Assembly: GCF_006345805.1 (NCBI RefSeq)
Contig: NC_043021.1
Location: forward strand, 13,702,001 to 13,766,000
DNA: 64,000 nucleotides
DNA from: Octopus sinensis
Lineage: Eukaryota
Reading direction: 5' to 3'
Positions 36,200 through 49,087 of the stretch are shown piece after piece. The position numbers and the translations under genes are program-made. The stretch's first letter is position 1. Each line of letters begins with the position of its first letter. The notes under the pieces are model-generated. The model had not been told where the DNA came from. It ran no database searches and saw only the letters and a program-made list of their open reading frames with translations.

Positions 36200-36505
36200 T
36201 GGCCTCATGCCAGTGGCACGTAAAAAGCACCATCCGTCCGTGGCCGTTGCCAGCCTCGCCTGGCCCCTGTGCCGGTGGCACATAAAAAGCACCATCCGAT
36301 CGTGGCTGTTTGCCAGACTCATCTGGCACGTAAAATGCACCCACTACACTCATGGAGTGGTTGGCATTAGGAAGGGCATCCAGCCGTTGAAACATTGCCA
36401 GATCAGACTGGGCCTGGTGCAGCCTTCTGGCTTCCCAGACCCCAGTTGAACCATCCAACCCATGCTAGCATGGAAAGCGGACGCTAAACGATGATGATGA
36501 TGATG
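36200..36505 (+). mobile_element. RTE LINE 3' tail
   Basis: GTGGCACGTAAAAAGCACC repeats, GGAAGGGCATCCAGCCG, ends (GAT)n. Confidence 0.82.
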
Positions 36506-37511
36506 ATCTTCATCATCACTACCACCATCAAGATCACCTCCATCATGATCATCATTGCCACAGCTATCACTATTACTCTAACACAATTACCATAAAACCA
36601 CTACTCTACTAACACCACCGCCACAACTTAAATATCACAGCTACAACCCAAACATCATCGCTACAACCCCAAAATCACCACTGCTCTAACACTACTACTA
36701 CTACCACTGCCACAACCACAATCCAAATACCACAGCTACAATCCAGACATCATCACCACCGTCATCATTAAGCTAATAATCAATCTCCACTAGTTTCTTT
36801 AAACCACTAATCCATCACACCACCACCACCACCACCACTACCAATCTATTAATCCACCATCTGTATTGTCCTAGCATCACTATCATTAATTAATCTGCTA
36901 TTAATCCAACACCAATTCACTATATGTCCATCAAGCCATCCGTTTAATCCACAACCCCCTTTGCATCCAATCTATGACCAGGCTGTTTGGTAAGAAGCTT
37001 GCTTCCTAAGCACATAGCTCCAGGTTCAGTCCCACTGCATGGCACCTTGGGCAAGTGTCTTCTATTATAGCCCCAAGCCAACCAAAGCTTTACGAATGGA
37101 TTTGGTCGATGGAAACTGAAGGAAGCCTGTTGAATATATATATCAACATCATCATCATCCTCATCATCGTTGTTGTTTAATGTCCATTTTCCATGCTGGA
37201 ATGGGTTGGATGGTTTGACTGAGGACTGGCAAACAAGAAGGCTGTATCAGGCTCCAGTCTGATCTGGCAAGGTTTCTATAGCTGGGTGCCCTTCCTAATG
37301 CCAACCACTCCAAGAGTGTAGTGGGGGCTTTTTATGTGCCATCAGCATGAGGGCCAGTCAGGTGGTAATGGTTCTTTTTATGTGCCACCAGCACATGACC
37401 CAGTCAGGCAGCACAGGCAACGACCCATGCTCCAATGGTGCTTTTTACGCGCCACTGTCACGGGAGCCAGTCAGATGGCACTGGCAATGGTCACGAACAG
37501 TGTTTTTTATG

Positions 37512-37558
<47 letters not shown>

Positions 37559-37929
37559 CTGATGTCTGTGTGTCTGTGGTTGTCTCCCACCGCTGCTTAA
37601 CGACTGGTCTTGGCCTGTTTATGTCCTTGTAACTTAGCTGTTCGGTAAAAGATACTGATAAAATCAGAACCAAGCTTAAAAAATAAAAATGAGTTAAATT
37701 CATTCAACTGAAAATTTTTCAAAGCAGTGCCCCAGGATGGTCACAGCCTAATGGCTGAAATGAGTAAAAGAATAAAGAATTATTATCTACATTGCCTACA
37801 TAGTTTCTAGACCTGCTAGAAATAGTAGCCAATGTCAAACCTCACTACTGTCTTAACCCATGTTTTTACCATATTTCTCTTGAAATACCCCTTTTTCTTT
37901 CAATGAAGAGTATTCTTTTCTACTCTTGG

Positions 37930-38395
37930 TACAAAGCCCGAAATTTTTGGGGAAGGGGTACAGTCGATTAGATCAACTCCTGTATGCAACTGGTGCTTAA
38001 TTTACGAACCCCAAAAGGAAGAAAGGTAAAGTTGACCTCAGTGGAATTTGAACTCAGAACGTAAAGACAGACCAAATACCGCTAAGCATTTCGCCCGGCA
38101 TGCTAATGTTTCTGCCAGCTCGCTGCCTTTTTAATGGAGAGTATCATAAAATAACTGTCATTATTAAGCTAGTGTGGTGGCAGTGAGCTGGCAGAATCTT
38201 TAGAGTGCCAGGCAAAATGCTTATCAGCTTTTTGTCAATTTTCATGTTCTGAGTTCAAGTTCTGCTGAGGTTGACTTTGCCTTTTATCCTTTCAGAGTCG
38301 ATCAATCAAGTACCAGTCAAGTACTGGGGTCGTTGTAATTGACTATCCTGCTCCTCACTGATTCCAGGCCTTGTGCCTTTAGTGGAAGGGGTTAT
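37930..38395. mobile_element. Head-to-head pair of SINE-C copies
   Basis: Minus copy ~37930-38130 and plus copy ~38176-38395, ~50 nt apart. Confidence 0.78.
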
Positions 38396-38415
38396 TAAGT
38401 TGGTATGAAGGTGGC

Positions 38416-38745
38416 GGATTCCATGGACAGCGAGGCTCACCAATGGAGAAGTTCTTAAGCAGATCAGGCCGAAAATGTTGCTAGAAGCTAGGATCACCAA
38501 GCATAGATTGGCATATTTTGGTCATATTATGCGGAGAAAATCCCTGGAGAAGGACATCATGCTCGGAATGGTCAGTGGCAAGAGAGGAAGAGGCCGACCA
38601 AGAACCAGCTGGCTTGACACCATCAAGAGTGATACCGGAATGGACATAGCCAATCTGAAAGAAGCGGCCCAGGATAGAAATGACTGGAGGACACTGATCC
38701 ATCGAGTAACTGAGAGTCGACTTCGACTGAGCGGATAGATAGATA
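38416..38745 (+). mobile_element. Young 5'-truncated RTE (BovB-like) insertion with 9-bp TSD
   Basis: Uninterrupted frame WRIPWTARLTNGEVL...RLAYFGHIMRR...GKRGRGRPRTSWLD...DRNDWR...RLSG*. TSD GAAGGTGGC at 38407-38415 and 38746-38754. Confidence 0.9.
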
Positions 38746-39344
38746 GAAGGTGGCAAGCTGGCAGAACCTTTAACATGCTATAAGAAATGCTTAGTGGCAT
38801 TTTGTCTGTTGTTATATTCTGACTTCAAATTGTGATGAGGTTGATTATTTTGTCTTTCATCATTTTCGGTTTGATAGAATAAGGTACCAGTTGAACACTG
38901 GCATAAATGCAATCAACTTAGCCCCTGACCTGAAATTGCTGGCCTTGTGCCAAAATTTGAAACCCGTCATTAAGCTCATAGAACTGTTAGGATACCAGAC
39001 AAAATGTTTAGCAGCATTTCGTTTGTCTTTCTATTCTGAGGTCAAATTCTGCTGAGGTCAACAACTTTGCATTTCATCCTTTCAAGGCTGATAAAATAAG
39101 TACCAGTTGAGTACTGGGGTCTATATAATCAACTTCCCCTCTTCTCTCAAAAATTGCTGGCCCTCTGCCAAAATTTGAAACCATCATCAAGTTGGAGTTT
39201 TGAACATAAATTATCAAATTTCAATAGGAACTTTTAAAACCACTTTAAAACAGGAAGGTTGCACTAGAAAACCAGGCGTGTCTTAGGCAGATTGCTATCA
39301 AAAGAGCTAAGGGAAGGACATATTCAATAACATTACTCTCTCTC

Positions 39345-39563
39345 TTTTACTTGTTTCAGTCATTTGACTGTGGCCATGCTGGAGCACCACCTTTAGTCGA
39401 GCACATCAACCCCAGGACTTATTCTTTGTAAGCCTAGTACTTATTCTATCGGTCACTTTTGCCGAACCGCTAAGTTACGGGGGATGTAAACACACCAGCA
39501 TCGGTTGTCAAGTGATGTTGGGGGGACAAACACAGACACACAAACATATACACACACACACAC

Positions 39564-39606
<43 letters not shown>

Positions 39607-39780
39607 TATATACATACATACAACGGGCTTCTTTCAGTTTCTGTCTACCAAATCCACTCACAAGGCTTTGGTTGGCCCAAGGCTATAGTAGAAGACATTT
39701 GCCCAAAGTGCCATGCAGTAGGACTGAACCCGGAACCATGTAGTTCGTAAGCAAGCTACTTACCACACAGCCACTCCTAC
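39345..39780 (-). mobile_element. SINE family A, full length
   Basis: Reverse complement of the 11236 copy including head and tail. Confidence 0.88.
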
Positions 39781-40559
39781 GAGGTGTTCAGTCCAGTGTT
39801 AACAAAATTTAATTTTTTTTTTTGTCTTTGGTCAGCAGTAAGTGTTATTTCCTATTTGCCTCTATCTAGAAATCAAAGGAAATCATGACTGTTCCCTTCA
39901 AACTTTGCTTACTGACCTTTTTCCATTACATTTCAGACAGATTCAGCACTGAGTTGCTGAAGCAGAAATATCGTTATAGCAAATATTCTGCTCAATACCA
40001 CAGTTTTACTTATCAGTTGTTTGAGCATGTCCCTTACTGACTGACAATATGTGCATCTCTGATCATGAGTAGCAGAAGTAGTTGGGGAGCATGATAGCCA
40101 CGTGTTGAGAGGAATTCTTTGGGCTTTGAATAACTGTAACAAAAGGAAATTTTGAAGGGAATATTAACCAGTTTTCATAGTCTCTAGAGGAAAACCAATA
40201 GGAAATAACAGTTGTTACTCAAGGACAAAAATCATGTTACTCTGAAGTAAAAGGTAACTGATACGACAGGACAGTCATAACTAGATTGTCTATGGTCATT
40301 GTTATTGTATTACTAAAGGCTACAGTCACTCCTCACCACATTCTGCATTTAATCAGTTAAAACTTGATATTGTCTCCCCTTTGCTCCTCTCCTCTTTGTT
40401 TTTTTTAAACCAGTATGAGTCATTCTTGTAATGTTTGTTCTCATTAGTAAATGTGTAATTTTATTAATTTGTAAAAAAAAAATTTACGGCAGTGCATTGG
40501 CAGAAGTTTCAGAGCATCAGACAAAATTCCTTGGAGTACTCGATCCATATTTTCATGTT

Positions 40560-41065
40560 CTGCTTTCCAATCCTGCTGAAGTTGACTTTGCTTTTCATCC
40601 TTCTCAGGTCGATGAAATAAAGTACCAGTCAAGTACTGGGTTTGATAAAGAAAGTACCAGTCAGATATTTTTTCCTACTCTAGGCACAAGGTCCAAAATT
40701 TTTGGAGAGTTGGGGGAGGGAACCAGTCGATTAGATTGACTCCAGTATGCAACTGGTACTTAATTTATAAGCCCCTGCTGAGGTTGACTTTGCTTTTCAT
40801 CCTTCTCAGGTTGATGAAATAAAGTACCAGTCAAGTACTGGGTTTGATAAAGAAAGTACCAGTCAAATATTGAGGACAATAAAATGAAGTACCCGTCAAG
40901 TACTGGGATTGATAGAATAAAGTATTGGCTGAGTATTACAGGTCTATAAAATAAAGTACCAATGAAGTACTGAGGGCAATAAAAAATGATATCAGTTAAG
41001 TACTACATGTCAATAAAATAAAGTTCCTGTCAAGTACTGCAAATCAATAAAATGAAGTACCCAAT
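40560..41065 (+). repeat. SINE-C-derived duplication decaying into ~30-bp tandem repeats
   Basis: AATAAAGTACCAGTCAAGTACTGGG motif repeated ~10 times with progressive divergence. Confidence 0.8.
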
Positions 41066-42543
41066 CCTTCCTTTTTTTGTGTTCTCCATTGGTTGTGATG
41101 ACAAGTATTGCTTTCCCAAGTGACCTATATCTCATATACCTTTAACAAGGTCTTTACACAGTCCTCGAATTGTAGTCTTGGTTTCTACTGGGAGGTGAGA
41201 GTGCTTTCTGATTATTCATCGGAACGAGATGTCCAGTCCAGTGTAAACTATGCTTGTACACCATTGTGTACACATCTGCAAGTGTGTGTATGTGTGTGTG
41301 TGTGCCTGCCTTCAGAACTGAAGAATACTGTCACCAGACCAGGTTTAATGTCCAGTCAGCCGTGTCAAATCACAAGCGACCAGACAGCTGAGAGAGAGAG
41401 GTGGGAAGGAGGATATGACATTACAATTTATTAATTGAACACGACTGATGGAAACACTTTCCCTCTTCTTATATATATAAAGAGAAATATCCTTATAAGC
41501 CTAAATAAGAGAGAGAATAAGAGAAATCTCAAAACAAAAGCACCATTCCAAATGTCTGGTGGCAAATAAATCAGCATCAAATTATCATCATCATCATCAT
41601 TTAACATCTGTTTTCCTTGCTGGCATGGGTTGATTGGTTCAACAGAATCTGATGTGTCCAGGGACTGTGCTGTGCTCCAATGTCTGCTCTGATATGGTTT
41701 TTATGGCTGGATGCCCTGCCTAATGCTGACCACTTTACAAATTAGACTGGGTGCTATTTTTTTCATACCACCTGCTCTATTGAGGTTGCCATGCAGTTTA
41801 CAGGACTATAGACCCTGGGGGATATGTGCGTGCATACACACACACACACGCACGCACGCGTGTGTGTGTGTGTGGGTCAACTTCATGTTGAGGGATGATT
41901 TGAGGGATGATGAGATTACTATGAGAGGTGAGTGTTCCCAGAGCAGTTCTTGTAGAGGTGGGAAACATTGAAAAGACAGCTGTGCCAAAACATCTCATAC
42001 CAAGTTCAAGTTTATCTTTCATCCTTTCAGAGTTGATAAAAATTAGGTCCTACTGAAATAATCAGGTTCATTTAATAATTCATAACTCCTTCAAAACATA
42101 TATCTCCTCCATTTATTATAATAACATTCTAACCTGATAACCTAGGTTTTCAACATAACATCATTCATAAAGTCTGTCTAATCTCTGACCTTGGTTTCTG
42201 CCATTACACCACTTGTAATGTCTTCTAAATGTCTTCCTGCGCTTGACATATTTCATTGTGAAAGTCCTTCTAATTTATGGCCTTACATCAGCCACATGTT
42301 GTAATGTCCCTTTGATCTGTGACCTTGGCTCCTGCCTGTCGTATATCATTGGAATGACCTCCAAATCTGTAACTGCTCACCTAATCTGTATATCTGTCTA
42401 TTTTTCTCTTTCTTTCTTTATACATATGCTTATCAGTTTGTCTGTCTCATCTGTCTATCTATCTATCTATCTGTCTGTCTAGCTAGCTAACCATCCATCC
42501 ATCCATCATCATCTGTATATCTGTCTGTCTCTCTATTTAGCTA

Positions 42544-42575
<32 letters not shown>

Positions 42576-42595
42576 TCTATCTCTCTTACACTCTC

Positions 42596-42632
<37 letters not shown>

Positions 42633-42701
42633 GTGTGTCTATCTATCTGTCTGTCATCAGGTTTGTGTCTGTCTACAGTTAACCATTCAAGTCTGCCTGT
42701 C

Positions 42702-42872
42702 ACCATTTAGTCTCTCCCCCTTTCTCCCCCTCTCTAATATTTCCTCTACACATTCATTAGGCCAGGCCAAATCAGTCCAGTTATATATCTTCTCGTTACT
42801 AACCTTGTTCCTTATGCAAAGGTCATGCTGCTTGTTAAACCTCTGGTACTTAGTTTTCTGATCTGTTAATCC
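42702..42872. repeat. Second copy of the 31468-31644 segment
   Basis: Same orientation, 11.2 kb downstream. One substitution seen in the core. Confidence 0.8.
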
Positions 42873-43355
42873 ATCTACACACACACACACGCACACACAA
42901 AAGCACAGGTGCACTCATTTTTATGCATGCGCACACATTCACATATGCATGTACAATGCACATACTATAAGCATTGTACACAAGCAATTATACAAAACAC
43001 ATATTTATGCAATAGATATGCATATGTGCACTGAACAGATGCACAATGTATGCACCCAATACAGGTAGACATACACATACAACACACATGTACAGATACA
43101 TACATGTGTGTTTGTACACACACAGTGGCTGTGTGGGTAATAAGCTTTCTTCCCAACCGCATGGTTCTGGGTTCAGTTCTACCGTATGGCACTTTGCTAC
43201 TATAGCCTCGGGCCAACTAAAGCCTTGTGAGTGGATTTGTTAAATGGAAACTGAAAGATGCCTATTGTGTATGTGTGTGTATATATATTTGTATGTGTGT
43301 GTATATATATTTATATATATATGTATGTATATATATATATATATATTATGTGTGT

Positions 43356-43645
43356 GGAGGCGCAATGGCCGAGTGGTTAGGGCAGCTGACTCGCGGTTTC
43401 GATTACCAGACCGGGCGTTGTGTGTGTTTATTGAGCGAAAACACCTAAAAGCTTCACGATGCTCCAGCAGGGGGTGGTGATCCCTGCTGTACTCTTTCAC
43501 CACTCTTTCTCCCACTCTTTCTTCTGTTGGCCTGCTCACTTAGCCAGCGGGGTGGCGTCATTCGAAGGCTAAAACAATGCGAACGCATTGTGACCAGCGA
43601 TGTGTAACAACATCTGATAGTCTGGTCGGTCACATAATCACGTGA
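43356..43645 (+). mobile_element. SINE family D (CpG-rich, single copy in window)
   Basis: GGCGCAATGGCCGAGTGGTTAGGGC A-box-like, GGTTTCGATTACC B-box-like, TTGAGCGAAAACAC core. Inserted in TG/TA microsatellite. Confidence 0.72.
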
Positions 43646-43974
43646 TATATATATATATATATTAGATAGATGAGACACACAGACAGATTGATTGATAGAT
43701 AGTAATTTGAAATAAACATTGAAAACAAAAATGAAAGGTAAAAAAAGGAAAATAAATTCAGAAACACAATGTGAAGACCAAGTAAAACAATTTGCTGCAT
43801 ATATGGTGTTTGCTCCAGTATGGTCAGTAACCAACTCTTCACACTCACAAAAGAATTGAAAGTAATAATCTCAGTAGCAGTTCCTCCTGTGTTCTGAAGC
43901 ACATTAATCTACTGGTTAATTCCACTGGTTTCTGGGTGGTTTTGGTTTTCTCTAAATCGGGATCACTGCCAGAG

Positions 43975-44360
43975 CAGCTGTCTGGCACGTAAAGAGCACC
44001 ATTTGAACGTGATCGTTGTCAGCGTTGCCTCACTGGACTTGTGCTGGTGGCACGTGTACAAAACATTCGAGCGAGGTCATTGCCAGTGCTGCTGGACTGA
44101 CTCCTGTGCAGGTGGCACGTAAAAAACACCATTTTCGAGTGTGGCTGTTGCCAGTACCACCAGACTGGCCCCCGTGCCGGTGGCACTTCAAAAGCACCCA
44201 CTACACTCTTGGAGTGGTTGGCGTTAGGAAGGGCATCCAGCTGTAGAAACTCTGCCAGATCAGACTGGAGCCTGGTGCAGCCATCTGGTTCGCCAGTACT
44301 CAGTCAAATCGTCCAACCCATGCCAGCATGGAAAGCGGACGTTAAATGATGATGATGATG
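43975..44360 (+). mobile_element. RTE LINE 3' tail with internal ~60-bp repeats
   Basis: TGGCACGTAAA..GCACC repeats then the common tail and (GAT)n. Confidence 0.82.
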
Positions 44361-44658
44361 GTCATGTGACATGGTCTCTCTCATGTCGGTTATGAATGTT
44401 CTGCTGTGTCATTTAGTTTTCCGTCTTCCTCTCTTTCTTTTGCCATCCAGTTTTGTCCGTTTGAAAGCTGTTTTAGAATAGCATTGTTCTGCAAGCAGGC
44501 GTATGTGACCTGCATGTTTTAATTGACACTAGTTGGACTGGCTGGGCAATCCGCCTGTTATGATGATGAGTGATCTAGTTGATTTGATGAATGGAACAGC
44601 CTGCTCATGAAATTAATGTGCAAGTAGCTGATCACTCCACCAACGCACATACCCTTAA

Positions 44659-44843
44659 CCCTTTCGATACCAACCTGGCTGAAACCGACTCTGGCTCTGA
44701 GTACAAATGTCTTGTTTTCATAAGTTTTCAATTATGATCTTCCACCAAACCTTAGTCACAATTTATGTTCCTAACACCAGCTTAATGATAACTAAGTTAT
44801 TTTACTAAATTCTTTGTTATATTTAAAATCAATTGAAAGAAAT
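44659..44843. mobile_element. Truncated copy of the piggyBac-like MITE
   Basis: TTAA CCCTTTCGATAC... homologous to 14412-14580. Right TIR missing. Confidence 0.78.
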
Positions 44844-46362
44844 ACCATCACTTGACATCTAGCGTTGCTCCTCTTAACTTACAAATTAACAGTGGTCGAT
44901 GTAATTGAATGGCCCCCTCCCCCAAAATTTCAGGCCTTGTGTCCTTTAGTAGAAAGGCTTATTATTTTAGAAAGTGGGTAAAGGCAGTGAGTTGGCAGAA
45001 TCGTTAGCATGCTGGATGAAATGTTTAGTGGTATTTTGCCCATCACTATGTTCTGAGTTCAAATTCTGTTGAGGTTGACTTTGCCTTTCATCCTTTCGGG
45101 GTTGATGAAATAAGTACCAGTGAAACACTGGGGTCAATTTAATCGACTACTCCCCCCCACAATTTCAAGCCGTGTGCCTATTGTAGAGAAGCTTATTTTA
45201 GAAAGTGGGTTAGCAGAATCATTAGAACATTGGACAAAATGCTGTGATAATTGTTCCAGCTTTTTTCATTGTGAGTTCACATCTTACTGGGATTGACTTT
45301 GCTTGTCTATGTCTATATAGGTTATACTTTCTCTTTGTGCAGATCCTGTGTGCATTTTGATATCACAAGTATGATATAATTAAGTCCTATACTATTTCAC
45401 CCTCAAGTTATTTCACCCTCTTAAAATTACATGCCTTGTGCCTAAATTTGAAACAACTGAAGCAATTTTTGGCTGGCAAAATAACCAAAAGAAATGATAT
45501 AATGGAAGAAATTGTTGTATACAGTGCTCAGGTGCACTACAACTAAAAGAAAAGGCAACCAGGTGTGCTGTTGGCAGATTTCAGGAAGCATGGGAGTTTT
45601 GGGGGATGTAGTGTCTCAACGGCTAACAACTGATGTAGGTAGTTTATTCCATGCTTCACCAATTCTGAGCGTGAAAATAATGTTTCTGAAAGTCATAGGT
45701 GCTGTGTTGTTTTTTGATGTTGCTAACCATTTTGTGTGTCACAATAACGGTTCTGCCAACTTAGATAAAAACAAAGAAAAAAAAAATAAAAAGGTGGGGG
45801 TGTAAATTAGACTGAACTGGCCTTCCTCATTATAAAAAGAGGAAGTTACAAAGTCTTTTGTAGCATATCCTCTTGTGATTTTGTGATTATATTATTGTCC
45901 TTATCATTTTCATCATCATCGTTGTCATTATTCTCTTCCTCCTCCTTATTATCACCGTCATCGCCACAATTATCGCTACCACCCCATCATCATCATCATC
46001 TCCATTACCACCACCACCACCACCAACACCACCACCATCGCCACCACCACCACACCCACACCCACCACCAACACCACCACCATCATCGCCACCACCACCA
46101 CCACTGTTATTGTGATATCTGTTTCATCAAATCATATTTTGGTGATTTGTTTGTCTAACGTGTGTGTGTGTGTTTCTGCTTGTATATGTATATGCATGCA
46201 CATCCATGTATACTTTTATGTATGTGTATACATCTATATGTATATGTATGTGTGTACATATGTGCACATCTATGTAGACTTTTATACATGTGTATGCATC
46301 CATGTGTATGTGTGCATGCCTTCTCCCATTTGTCCATCCATCCATGTCTGTCTGTATGCATA

Positions 46363-46430
<68 letters not shown>

Positions 46431-47596
46431 CATCATCATCATCAAGCACATATATGTGTATGCATGTGTATGTATATATTTGAGTGTATGTGTAATGACA
46501 TTCCTGTACTATTCTCTGTGTTTACCTCTTCCTCACTTCTCTCTCTCTCTCTCTCCCATAATTAAACGTTAATCATTATCTGTGGTAATTGCAGCAACAA
46601 CAAAAACACAAAGCTAGAACAGCACCCCACCCTTCCCTCTTTACCCCTCCCCTCTTCACCCCTCCCCTCCCTCCAGACCCACCTAGATAAAATTATGACA
46701 TTTAAATGTTTTTGTTTTTAGCAACAGAGAGGAGAGAGAGTGGTTTGGCGGTTCGTGGTCCATAGTGGCCTGCCTGCCTGACTGACTGACTCATTTGCTC
46801 TCGTTAATTTAATTAGTTTAATAAGTTATCAGTCATTTGAGAGAGTTAAGGGATTTTTATTTTCTTCCTGCCAAAATAAACCTGCTACGATAATGATGGT
46901 GATCGTTGCTGAGGTGATTGTGGTGGTGGTGGTGGTGATGGTGGTGGCATCAGCAATGGTGTTGGTGATTGTGTTGGTGGTGAGGGTGCCAGGATGACTA
47001 AATGAATAACTGAGAATTATTACCGCCACCACCACCATCACCTCACCAACGCCTGCACAATCACACTCACCATCGCCACCACTATCACCAACACTACCAC
47101 AGCACAACAACTACATTATCTCTGCCACCACCACCACTACTACACTTAGCAGTGTTATCTCTGCTCATACCACTACTACCACCACTATTTGCATCATCCC
47201 TAACCACTCATTGCTGGCTGTTTGTTACTGGGTCAATGTTGACTGTTCTGTTCAGTTGGAACAAAATGTCTTTGGACGGCAAGCGAGGCAGTTGGTGTCT
47301 CCCCACTCATCAGGCTGCTTTTCTGGGCCTCCACACCTAGTACCAAGTGGTGTACAAGAGTGCAATGAGCAAGTTCAACACCGAGGTTGCCCTAAAGTAG
47401 CGTTTTACTTACTAGTTAACACCCAACCATTGTCTGATGGTACAGAGCTTCTGCTTGGACACAATAACCTTCAAGCTGCTGGGCTAAGACTACTCTGCCT
47501 TTCCAGTTATCCAAGTTCACCATCTTCAATTCACCCCAGGGAATGTTCACTGCAAGGAATCTATTAATGGTGAGATACTATGAATGTATTTTGTCA

Positions 47597-48011
47597 GTAA
47601 ACTTTTCTCATGGTGAACTTCCTTCGCGGTGAACTTCCTTCGCGGTGAACTTCCTTCGCGGTGAACTTCCTTCGCGGTGAACTTCCTTCGCGGTGAACTT
47701 CCTTCGCGGTGAACTTCCTTCGCGGTGAACTTCCTTCACGGTGAACTTCCCCTTGCAGTGAACTTCCCCTTGCAGTGAACTTCCCCTCATTGTGAATTTT
47801 CCTCGCAGTGAACTTTCCTCGCAGTGAACTTTCCTCACGATGAACATTCCTCGCGGTGAACATTCCTCGCAGTGAACTTTCCTCACGGTGAACTTCCCCT
47901 CATTGTGAACATTCCTCGCGGTGAACATTCCTCGTGGTGAACTTTCCTTGTGGTGAACTTCCCCTCGCGGTAAACTTTCCTTGCAATGAACTTCCCCTCG
48001 CGGTGAACTTT
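47597..48011. repeat. 16-bp CpG-rich minisatellite GTGAACTTCCTTCGCG, ~25 units
   Basis: Directly visible. Perfect units at the 5' end, diverged units 3'. Confidence 0.95.
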
Positions 48012-49035
48012 GTAGTTAATTGATGGCATGGAAGGCTAAGTTGCCCAAGGTGCCATCCCAGTCTGTGAATGGATGGCATGACTTAGTCTTCCTTTTATAG
48101 CCTGCCACTGATGTGGGTGCCATACTGTACCATAGCCACTACAGCTACATTCACATTATCACCACTACCCAGTACCACCCAATTTCACAGCTAAGGGCAC
48201 TGTCTTTTACTTGTTTTAGTCATTAGACTGTGACTATACTGGGGCACCATCTTGAAGAATTTTTGTTTTAGTCAAATGAATTGGTACATCCCACTCCAGG
48301 GCTTATTTTATTTTTATAGCTTGGTATTTATTCTGTTGGTCACTTTTGCTGAACCACTAAGCTATTAGTACATAAACACAAGTACGTAAAATGCATATGT
48401 AAATGTGTGTGTATACACAACAGGCTTCTTTCAGTTTCTGCTTACCAAATCCACTCACAAGGCTTCTGTTGGCCCAGAAGACATTTGCTCAAAGTGCCAT
48501 GCAGTGGGACTGAAACTAGAACCATTTGGTTGGGAAGCAAACGTCTTACCACACAGCCATGCCTGTGCCTATCCCCAATGTTTTTTCACTAATCTCTGTC
48601 TTGTTTGTCTCTCAGCATGATGAGGACCATCTAGTCATCCTGGGCCCAGGTTTTGGGTTGTAGTTGAGCTTCACAGGTGCATAGGTGACTGATCAAAGCC
48701 ATACCCAGAAGGTTCTGTAGCAGTGTGGACATATGTATGTAATATATGTAGTGTATATAAGTAATGTTTATATATAGGAGCACTCCGTCAATTATGACAA
48801 TGAAGGTCCCAGCTGATACGATCAATGGAACAGCTTGCTTGTGAAATTAATGTGCAAGTGGCTGAGCACTCCACAGACACATGTACCCTTAATGTAGTTC
48901 TCAGGGAGATTCAGCATGACACAGAGTGCGACAAGGCTGGCTCTTTGAAATACAGGTACAACTCATTTTTGCCAGCTGAGTGGACTGGAGCAACATGAAA
49001 TAAAGTGTCTTGCTCAAAGACAGGGCGCTTCACCA

Positions 49036-49087
<52 letters not shown>

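Noticed and set aside
39812-39846. T-tract + GTCAG CA GTAAGT as a second ratchet site or 2-nt microexon
   Set aside because: AG and GT are not adjacent, and the site borders what looks like a common repeat. No independent support.
47594-47928. Repetitive ORFs (KFTAKEVHREGSSPRR)n
   Set aside because: A by-product of the 16-bp minisatellite.
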